Below are positions 53,541 through 64,000 of a stretch of 64,000 bases of DNA, piece by piece (position 1 is the stretch's first letter; every line of letters begins with the position of its first letter). The DNA comes from Lytechinus pictus (Eukaryota). The position numbers and the translations under genes are program-made. The stretch is from positions 24,306,001-24,370,000 of the forward strand of contig NC_087251.1 in the NCBI RefSeq assembly GCF_037042905.1. Reading direction: 5' to 3'. Below the pieces are notes generated by a model. That model did no database searches. It was not told the DNA's origin and saw nothing but the letters and a program-made list of their open reading frames with translations.

Positions 53541-56500
53541 TACCTTATCATCACAGGAGGACAAACTTTAACAAAGGATTTCTCATTGACAGTGATTACA
53601 GCTTGCCATGAATGGATGGACAGTTTAGCCGACGGACAGAGTTTGTATATATGTCAGGAGAGTAGTTCGGACAAGGGTTGATGAGTGGACGTACCAAGAT
53701 GAGATTTGATCATTACAAAGCACACCTGCAAACTAACTGACAACTCTCACCCTCAAAACAAGGTGTTGATAAATACAGTCTGATTCAACAAATTCTCTTT
53801 ACCTGCTTAAGGCTATGTGTCAAGGGCAACACCTAAAGCCTCTATCTGTCAACCTTACTCACTTAAAATAACTTTGCTAAAATCTAGCCTCTGTCGAGTC
53901 TGTTCAGGACATTATCTTTTATCGCACTCTGGTCATGAATGGTAAACATTTAAGTAAGTCAGCGTAAGCAATATTAATTGCATTTCCTAAATATAGTGTA
54001 ACTTAGTGCAATTTCATGAAATCATTCACTATAATAATAGATAATTAACTAAATTATTGAAATACAGTGAATTCTTGAATCAGGTTTTGGAACAGTAAAG
54101 ACAAGAAATTGCAATTTCAATAAAAGTACACCGTAAGTCACATTTTATGTTGTTAATTACACAAGCATATCAATTATTAACAGAGTACTAGTATTTGATT
54201 TTGATTCAGATATCCATATATTCATGGAAGTGCAAGTGTAGGGTAACTTTTGATAACAAAATGTATAGGTATGACCTCACATTGGTGAAATTTTCAGAAC
54301 ATTGATGAGCTCATATCTACCTTAGATGACACACTCATACGCATATAAAATAGCAAGGAGAAAATAAATTAAGAGACAGAAATAGAAGAGGGAGAAGAGA
54401 GAGCAAAAGAAAGAGAGAAAGGGTGAGAAAATCAGAGAGGGAGAGAGGGGGGGGGGGGTTAAGTGATCTAGTATCTCATTTGAACACGATCCTCTTTGGC
54501 CTCATTAATACTTTTAATAGTAAAAAGTTGTCATCTTTCAATCCCACACAATAATAAATCATTCTGGTGACCTACAACTTCAAATTGTATGAATGTGTGT
54601 TTATGGATTAATCAATTTCTATCTTGTTGCAATGAGAAATGATGCTTAAGAGAACAGAGAAGCAAAATAGATAACAGGAAAGGATTTTTGTCATTAACAA
54701 TGAAAACTACAGAAACAAGTGAGAATGAATGAAAACGGGGGCATTTTACAAGGCAGTTCTTGACAAAAAAAGAGAGATAATATTGATGTAAACACACATG
54801 AAATAAAGCAATCAATGATTGTAACATTGTGAATTTCATGATGGTGGCATCTTGTTGAATTTTCATTCAGAAAACATGCTTAACAGCGGTGGTGACGGTG
54901 ATGTTTGTATGGGAATGGGAATTGTGGGAAGGTAATTGGGGGTAGGTAATTGGGGGTGGGTTAGTGCTAATTTTTACCATTTTAGGAGAGTGCTTTTTCT
55001 ATTTCGGCAATATTCCTCTTCACAGTCCTTGGGGTAATGATTGCTACAATTTCCTTGGGAAAATTTGGTTAAACAATATGGACCCCCTTGCCCATTAATC
55101 CAACATATTACCAATTGAAACAAAAGAAAAATACAATTGAACTCACAATCAACCTTTACCAGAAAGATGGGCCTGTGACTATCTCAGTGGGCTCAGGTGA
55201 CTCAAATATTAGAGGAGAAAGAATCTTGATGTCCTAGATATGATACCAATATCCAAGATGCATTCATACACACCAATCCAATTAAAGATATGCAGTAAAA
55301 TGTCAAGGGCGGGTTGACCGAATGGCACTCACCTATTACCTGGAAAAAAGACTGGGACTCTCTCATCAAACTGTCCTTCTATCAGTCTAATTCTCTCTTA
55401 TTTTTTTTCTTTTCGTGTTGATGTGTTTCTATCTCAGCATCTCGCTTTTCCTCTTCCCTTCATGTCCAATGTTCCGATGTTCTGTCAGCCAGAAAGCTTT
55501 ACGTTTCTGAGAAAGAGGAAGGCTGTTGACTCACATTGATATATAGTCATAGTCATAACATATACGTTGTTCTGACCGCTGGTTCAACCCGGATGAAACG
55601 GAAGCGGCAATCGCGAGGCGTCTTGAACATCAAACTGTCACAAAGAAAGAAATAAACAAATATATAAATTTACCAATAGTAGCAATCAAATTTGAATCTA
55701 CTGGGGACAGGAGTACAGGAAGGGAGAATATAATACATGTTTAGGTGTATGTATGCCAAGAGGTGAATGAAAAGGATAATGAAGAAAGAATGGTGGAGGG
55801 GGAGGGGGGTATTGAAAACAATCTGCCAAATTGAAAAACCATTTAGAAGAGTGAGAGAGAGGATGAAAAGGGAGAGGGTGGGGATAAGATAAAGATGAAC
55901 TATAAACATGAAATTTGATTCACAGAAGGAACAAAGAGAGAAAGACAGGAAAGTCACATGAAAATCAAACTGCCCAAATGATAATCTATCAAAGGAGAGA
56001 ACTGTGGGAGGATGGAGAGAGGATAGAAGAGATGATGGGGGGGGGGGGGGTGTGAGAGGGGGTAGAGAAGGGAGGGAGAAAGATTTTATTCATTGAGGCC
56101 ACTGTTTCTGGGGCATAATATATTAATATGGAGTTATTTAAACCAGGTACTATGGTTACCAATTTATCAGCAAATTTATGACCCATTACCTTATAATATT
56201 GACTACTATACTACACATAATTGCACTTATTGCGATTTTACGAGAGCTGATTTTTTAATGAAAGGATCATGCCCAATATCAGTCAGTAAATACAATACTC
56301 TATGAATGAGTCAATTGTTGAAAATACAAACAATAGGGTTCCTGTAGACATAGTTTCTGACATTGATACATAATGTTGATTTTGTTACCTTTGAAATATA
56401 AGAAAGTCAGGATGAATCAATGAAACTGAAAACTCAGAAACAATAAAGACATGCCTACTTCAATCTATATAACATGCAGAAAAGGGAATGTGAAAAGAAG

Positions 56501-57255
56501 CATTTATTCTGCTACACTATTTCAAAGAAAGACTTATATCCAAGATCTAAAAAAAAGACATGTTGACTTGTAAGAATATGCCTGATAAAAACTCAAATTT
56601 CTATTACGGTATTGTACCCCACTTTTGCTGGTAAGAGTAAAAAAAGAAGAAAAGAAATTATGAATACCAATGTGAAGCCTGCATGATTACCCCCCATTTT
56701 ATGGCTACCTCAAAGTCATACTCCCAGAAGATTATAAAGCAAAGACCTACATCTTTAATGAGATAGTATATACCCCGGCTTCACAGAAACCTTGGCAATG
56801 TAATATAAACAGATATCTATACCCCTGACCGCTGAGTGACCCCTTTGATTTATCTCACTGGATTATATCATGTAGCTAAATAATAATTTGAAACATGACA
56901 CCATTGCAGTTTTAATTTCCCCGTTGTTATCATCGTGGCATGAAGATCTTGGCTATCCACCGGAGGCATGGATAGGGCCGAAGATGATTTACATCAGTTC
57001 CCGGTTCACGTCATGAAACCGCTTCTTAACAATTGGCAATCATTTTCAATCGGTAAAGTCTGGAGCAAGCCCTTTGATGCCTATTTTTGATTCATACTTG
57101 TATAAGGGAATGGATATTACTAAATGATATACTTCTATTACCATTGACCTGAAGAGATGCGAATATGATTTATCCATACTTTGAGCAATTGTAAGCCAAT
57201 TGAAAAGTGCATATTGCTTCTCATGAGGCTTATATTTAAAAAAAATCTGTATTCT

Positions 57256-57392
57256 AATAATAATGATAATCATAACAATAATGGTAATAATAATATAAAT
57301 AAAATTGAAATAATAGTGATATTAATAATAATATTTAATGATAATAATGATAATACTGATAATAATTACAGCAACAATAATAATAATAATAT
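57256..57392. repeat. Degenerate (AAT)n microsatellite
   Basis: Directly visible AAT/GAT/AAC triplet run. Confidence 0.85.
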
Positions 57393-59883
57393 TTAAAGTA
57401 GAAAAAATAAATAAACATATACATATATATATATAAATAAAAGAATCTACTCTATTCATTATCTTTTGCAAACAAATCAGTTGTATAGAGCATATACATG
57501 TAGCTTTTCAGGTTCCCCTTCCCTGTTCTCCCTCTTGTTAATATCAATGTCTGTGATCTATCATCTCTTCGCGTGATCCAAATAAGAGATGAATGTTTTC
57601 ATGTTTCAATGACTATCGCATGATACAGCAAATTCCTTTTATGATGAACCTTGAGATTATAAAAGGCTGGATTCATATTATCAAGATTTTGACATGCATT
57701 CATGTTGCCTTGGGGTTTAGGCCTTTCATATTTCCTACTCCTGTCTATGTTCAGTTTGAGAGAAAAGCCCATGACACTGCATCGGAAAAGAAGATGAGCG
57801 TTGAGGGGGGAAGGTGAAGTTGAAGTACCGGGGATCGTGACTGGTTATCCACCGATCGTAATAATGCCATACGAGTCAAGGTGAGAGGGGATATGACGAG
57901 GCACTGAGGCTAATCAATAACCCAGTGTATTGTAATGAATACCAATATGGGATAAACGCAGGCTATAAAGATGGCTACCACTCCAAACAGTGTGGCTCGC
58001 AGGGTCGCCAACGATCTGTTTTTAATTAAAACTATCGGTAACGAATATCGTAAACAAGGTACAAGAAAATGTGTATTTCAAATGAGGGGGGGGGGTGGAA
58101 GGGGAAGATAGTGTATTGCTTCTTCTTGAGGAAGGTTCATGACCTCTACCACTGGCTATAGGAATTAACACATTGATGACTGAATTCTCTCATTTCTAAA
58201 GGCATTGTACAGAGATGACCTGGTTCTCCTATGTGATGGGTTAAGGAAGAGTAAGAAAATAAGACAACATGTACTTGAAGTCTAAGGATTTAAATGAATT
58301 TTGTTGAAAGGATGACAGACACTTTCAGTTGCATTAAATGTAGATTGATTTTTCCATTCAATTAGCAATATTAATATCACTTTAGAAAACATGTCTGTCA
58401 AAATAATACCTTGAACATCATGTCTAAAAATGTTCAGCAAAAATTTTTCAATATATTATCTTAATAAGAAAAAAATCATATCAGGATACAAATGAGTCAG
58501 GGAGAAAAATAAATTCTTAACAAATCTTTCTTGGCATCTGATAAGCTAGCAGCAAGATCCAGTGTAGTGAATTGTTTTGTCTAACGGGATAAGACAAGTA
58601 TTTGAGGCAGACAGCTAGGACCAACTACCTGAGCAAGGTGAGACCATAATTGCTTAACTCGGGAGAAGAGCAGGCATTTTAGGGGTACCAAATAAAACCA
58701 GGGAGAGTCGAGGGCACGTTCTCTTCTGAGTATTCCAAGAAAAACTCAGAAATGTCTCGGGTCACCTACACTTTCCGCCATTCAATATTACCCATTTTCT
58801 TTTTCCATTCTTCACTTAAGAGTATCACTGGCTTGCTGGCGGTTGATTGGTGATGAATGAAATCATTCACAATCTCAGTGCAAATAAAGAAAGGGAGGAA
58901 GAAAAAGGCAGTGATGGGGGTGGGTATGAATGTGTTTGAAGGACCCTTTTGGTAGAAGAAAATAGGAATGAAGACAGAGGTACTATAGAAAAAAAATGGA
59001 AGCCCCCAAAATAAAATTTGAACATCATCTTGAGTCAAGTAGATAAAGTTTAGTTATTACCGACTTATCTAAAGTTGCAACCTGTGAAACTGTGCCCTGA
59101 AGTATTGTAGGGTTAAATAAAAGCAGGAAAATTAGAGAAAAATACCACAAGAAGTGTGACGTAAATCCATCAAAGGATCTAAACATTAAGAATGTAATTT
59201 TTTTTTTTTTTGTAATGCCATTATATGAGCTGCTCCTCTCTTTTTTCAATGGAATATATATTGCTTTCGAAATCACACTCGGAGAGTTCATTGTATCAAA
59301 CTCCTCTCATTACAAAAAATAAACAGATAGAGGTCTATTACAATGATTAATTTTGTTTCCTCTTTGATTATCAGTATGTAAAAACAAAGATAACAGGATA
59401 GTCCTTTCATCTTACCGCTTATTGCTAGATCAAAAAAGGTCAAGATCTGATAATAGATATACCCCAAAGAAGTATTCATAATCAGATCACATTGCCACTC
59501 AATTACATGTTAAAAGTACTTTCACAGCTATCTATGATTGAGCACCATGTTACATGAACAAGTAGAACTCTCATTAAAAACACTAGAAATGTTCTGAATT
59601 GATGTCTTATTTACATGTCCTAAAAATATATCAAATGTTAATGAATAACATTTCTTTTCTGTTATGAATATTGGTAGAGAAGTATGAGGCGCCGAATGTA
59701 CCAATATTATATAGAACAATTATTTGTTATATAATCATTATTTATTAAATAATAACTATTATTTATATATAATTTACATTTTATTTGTAAATAACTACTA
59801 TTATATAAAATATCATTTCTAATTATTTATATATAATTCCAAGTAATACTTCATTATTTGTAAATAATAATAGTTCGACATTC

Positions 59884-60179
59884 CATTATTTATAAATAAT
59901 GATTATTTGTTTTTCATTATTTATAAATAATGATTATTTGTTTTTCATTATTTATAAATAATGATTACTTGTTTTTCATTATTTACAAATAATGATTATT
60001 TGTTTTTCATTATTTATAAATAATGATTATTTGTTTTTCATTATTTATAAATAATGATTATTTGTTTTTCATTATTTATAAATAATGATTATTTGTTTTT
60101 CATTATTTACAAATAATGATTATTTGTTTTTCATTATTTATAAATAATGATTATTTGTTTTTCATTATTTATAAATAAT
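59884..60179. repeat. 31-bp tandem repeat (9 full copies plus a partial) in the left foldback arm
   Basis: Unit CATTATTTATAAATAATGATTATTTGTTTTT starting at 59884, 59915, 59946 ... 60163. Contains the perfect 18-bp palindrome CATTATTTATAAATAATG. Confidence 0.95.
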
Positions 60180-60410
60180 TTGTTGAGTTTTCCATTATTT
60201 ATAAATAATGATTATTTGTTAAATAATGAAAACGTCTACTTCATTATTTATAAATAATCATTATTTAATGTTCGAGTTTTCCATTATTTATAAATAAAGA
60301 TTATTTGTTAAATAATGAAATATCTACTTCATTATTTATAAATAATAATTTTGTTTCAATATCCCATTATTTATAAATAATCATTATTTATAAACAATTT
60401 TTACAGTTTG

Positions 60411-60490
60411 CCATTATTTATTAAATAATGCCATTATTTATTAAATAATGCCATTATTTATTAAATAATGCCATTATTTATTAAATAATG
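60411..60490. repeat. 20-bp tandem repeat x4 in the left foldback arm
   Basis: CCATTATTTATTAAATAATG four times; mirrored at 62738-62817. Confidence 0.95.
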
Positions 60491-61195
60491 GAAAACTCGC
60501 TATAACATGCAAATGTGGGACCGCCCATGATATGAATATTCATGATGCGATTTCCTTTTTCGTGATTTTTCTTCACAAATTTTTGTCCATTTCCTCTTCA
60601 TAATGACATTTCTTGAGGCAATTTTCTAGGGATATGGTCTGATTGTAATATTCTTCATTTTCTATATAACTTCGTCTTCGTAGAAATATCAAAAAGTGTA
60701 ATTTTATACGATTTTTCCTACAGTTCACAACCCCCATAGGCGCGCGTGTACTGTAGGGACAACCGGTGAATCGACGGAGTGCTCTTCATCGAAATACTAC
60801 GTTGGTTGGTCCCCGGAAGTGGCGGGCGGAATTTAGCCCGAATCCTCGATGGAAGTCGATCAAGTGCATATGAGCTGAGAGAGTGAAATATCAGTGTACT
60901 TGTACAGGCCCTTCTACTTTTTATAAATATTTCTTGTTGCTTTTTTTTAAGTTAATTTTTCCTGGTGTAGAGATAAGTTTCAGTTCTAATAATGCACTTC
61001 AAATACATTTTGGAGTGTCTGTTTGAGGCGTTTGGGGCGATTTCACCCTGGCCCCAAAATGCTCGCAACGACAATACGGGGGCATGATGACCCCTAAATT
61101 TTAAAAAACTTATTTTTCTATTGAAAATTATCACAAAATTCACCAAAAGTGTGCACGAAAGCCTTCGTATTTCACTTTTAAAACTCCAAAAAGTG

Positions 61196-62032
61196 CCCAA
61201 ATGACAAGCTTGGTCGCTTCGCTGTGTCGCTTTCAACTTTAGAACGTTTACGCGTCTGCTTCCCCCCCCCCCTCCTCCGAAAGAAATTCTGTATACGGCC
61301 ATGCTCTAAAGAGCCTGGCACATTGATTTATGTATACTTCCATTTTCATTATTTTTATCTCATTATCAACATGGCCTTACGCATAATTTTTTCCAGGGGG
61401 GCCGGGGCCGGAGCATGACGCGCGTAAACTTTCTCAAAAAAATCTTGAAAGCGAGACAGCCACGGGACCAAGCCCAAATGACAAGCTTGGTCGCTTCGCT
61501 GTCTCGCTTTCAACTTGAGAACGTTTACGCGCGTCTGCCCCCACCCCCCGAAAGAAATTCTGTGAACGGCCATGCTCAAAAGAGCATATGGCACATTGAT
61601 TTATATGTACTTTTCATTTTCATTATTTTTATCACATTATCATCATGGCCTTACACAGAATTTTTACCGGGGGGGGGGGGGGGGAGCAGCTAGGACGCGC
61701 GTAAACTTTCTCATAAAAATCTTGAAAAAGCGAAGCGACCAAGCTTGTCATTTGAGCTTGGTCGCGTCGCTGTCTCGCTTTCAAGATTTTTTTGAGAAAG
61801 TTTACGCGCGTCATGCTCCGGCCCCGGCCCCCCTGGAAAAAATTATGCGTAAGGCCATGTTGATAATGAGATAAAAATAATGAAAATGGAAGTATACATA
61901 AATCAATGTGCCAGGCTCTTTAGAGCATGGCCGTATACAGAATTTCTTTCGGAGGAGGGGGGGGGGAAGCAGACGCGTAAACGTTCTAAAGTTGAAAGCG
62001 ACACAGCGAAGCGACCAAGCTTGTCATTTGGG
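61196..62032. repeat. Three copies of a ~277-bp internally palindromic unit forming the foldback core
   Basis: CCCAAATGACAAGCTTGGTCGCTTCGCTG starts at 61196 and at 61473 (direct, diverged). The third copy is inverted at about 61756-62032. Confidence 0.85.
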
Positions 62033-63048
62033 CACTTTTTGGAGTTTTAAAAGTGAAATACGAAGGCTTTCGTGCACACTTTTGGTGAATTTTGTGATAA
62101 TTTTCAATAGAAAAATAAGTTTTTTAAAATTTAGGGGTCATCATGCCCCCGTATTGTCGTTGCGAGCATTTTGGGGCCAGGGTGAAATCGCCCCAAACGC
62201 CTCAAACAGACACTCCAAAATGTATTTGAAGTGCATTATTAGAACTGAAACTTATCTCTACACCAGGAAAAATTAACTTAAAAAAAAGCAACAAGAAATA
62301 TTTATAAAAAGTAGAAGGGCCTGTACAAGTACACTGATATTTCACTCTCTCAGCTCATATGCACTTGATCGACTTCCATCGAGGATTCGGGCTAAATTCC
62401 GCCCGCCACTTCCGGGGACCAACCAACGTAGTATTTCGATGAAGAGCACTCCGTCGATTCACCGGTTGTCCCTACAGTACACGCGCGCCTATGGGGGTTG
62501 TGAACTGTAGGAAAAATCGTATAAAATTACACTTTTTGATATTTCTACGAAGACGAAGTTATATAGAAAATGAAGAATATTACAATCAGACCATATCCCT
62601 AGAAAATTGCCTCAAGAAATGTCATTATGAAGAGGAAATGGACAAAAATTTGTGAAGAAAAATCACGAAAAAGGAAATCGCATCATGAATATTCATATCA
62701 TGGGCGGTCCCACATTTGCATGTTATAGCGAGTTTTCCATTATTTAATAAATAATGGCATTATTTAATAAATAATGGCATTATTTAATAAATAATGGCAT
62801 TATTTAATAAATAATGGCAAACTGTAAAAATTGTTTATAAATAATGATTATTTATAAATAATGGGATATTGAAACAAAATTATTATTTATAAATAATGAA
62901 GTAGATATTTCATTATTTAACAAATAATCTTTATTTATAAATAATGGAAAACTCGAACATTAAATAATGATTATTTATAAATAATGAAGTAGACGTTTTC
63001 ATTATTTAACAAATAATCATTATTTATAAATAATGGAAAACTCAACAA

Positions 63049-63344
63049 ATTATTTATAAATAATGAAAAACAAATAATCATTATTTATAAATAATGAAAA
63101 ACAAATAATCATTATTTGTAAATAATGAAAAACAAATAATCATTATTTATAAATAATGAAAAACAAATAATCATTATTTATAAATAATGAAAAACAAATA
63201 ATCATTATTTATAAATAATGAAAAACAAATAATCATTATTTGTAAATAATGAAAAACAAGTAATCATTATTTATAAATAATGAAAAACAAATAATCATTA
63301 TTTATAAATAATGAAAAACAAATAATCATTATTTATAAATAATG
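63049..63344. repeat. 31-bp tandem repeat, inverted copy in the right foldback arm
   Basis: Reverse complement of 59884-60179, including the same variant units. Confidence 0.95.
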
Positions 63345-64000
63345 GAATGTCGAACTATTATTATTTACAAATAATGAAGTATTACTTGGAATTATATATA
63401 AATAATTAGAAATGATATTTTATATAATAGTAGTTATTTACAAATAAAATGTAAATTATATATAAATAATAGTTATTATTTAATAAATAATGATTATATA
63501 ACAAATAATTGTTCTATATAATATTGGTACATTCGGCGCCTCATAGAGAAGTGAATGTCTATATCTGTTTGTGCTAATGATGAAAAACTCCACATGAAAT
63601 AGATTTTACATACTTTGGACAATTTATATCTTATGATTTGATAGAGATTATATCAACTTACCAAATGCAGATATGCCACGTATGATCGATAAAAAATCCT
63701 CTAGAATTTGTCCTCTTGAAACAAAAAGGGTGGCTATATTGGCCAAAATATTATGTAAGGATTTTTTAAAATCATTAACCGGAAAGTGTCGTTCCGGTAA
63801 AATAAAAATGACCATCTAAAGACACACCCAATGTTGTCTGTTATTTTCATCACAGGCTTCATAGGTACATGAATACCGGTAGTGTAACAAAACAAAACTA
63901 ATTAACTTTGACGAGTGACAGGAGGAGATGTTACAGATCTTCAATGTGAATACCATTTCTTGGATTGTAACCGACCCCTCCCTCTTCATCACAGTTGGCT

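Larger units (their letters stand above)
59684..63544. mobile_element. Foldback-type non-autonomous DNA transposon (TU/FB-like architecture) with ~1.8-kb terminal inverted repeats
   Basis: Arms 59684-61500 and 61729-63544 are reverse complements; ends ATGAGGCGCCGAATGTACC...GGTACATTCGGCGCCTCAT. Flanked by direct repeat AGAGAAGT at 59676-59683 and 63545-63552. Tandemly repetitive outer domain and non-repetitive inner domain. No transposase ORF. Confidence 0.88.

Noticed and set aside
59884..60490. CRISPR-like array (31-bp palindromic repeats)
   Set aside because: Units are contiguous with no unique spacers, the context is eukaryotic and there are no cas genes. It is a tandem repeat within a transposon arm.
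60952..62276. Mirror-image ORFs (116/122 aa and shorter) as foldback-encoded proteins or transposase
   Set aside because: They are duplicated only because of the palindrome, cross homopolymer runs that differ between arms, and show no recognisable transposase motif.

Overview
AT-rich, intron-containing animal genomic DNA. The repeat content (tRNA-derived SINE, TTAA-flanked MITEs, Tsp/pearl-like element, poly-G and GA tracts) suggests an echinoderm such as a sea urchin; this is inference. I can support one protein-coding gene: a three-exon CHAC1-type glutathione-specific gamma-glutamylcyclotransferase (+ strand, CDS 29213-29413, 30890-30925, 34580-35101; 252 aa). Upstream of it lie two C/EBP-ATF (ATF4-type) elements, two CCAAT boxes and a CRE-like site. 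The rest is non-coding and rich in non-autonomous transposons, several nested. The most striking structure is a 3.86-kb foldback element (59684-63544). It has about 1.8-kb almost identical inverted arms, an 8-bp target-site duplication, AT-rich palindromic tandem modules, a promoter-like inner domain and a core of self-palindromic ~277-bp units. A second unclassified 3.76-kb element (36303-40061) has GGG/CCC ends, 28-bp TIRs, a 5-bp TSD and nine copies of a 14-bp motif. Almost all entries in the ORF track are spurious.
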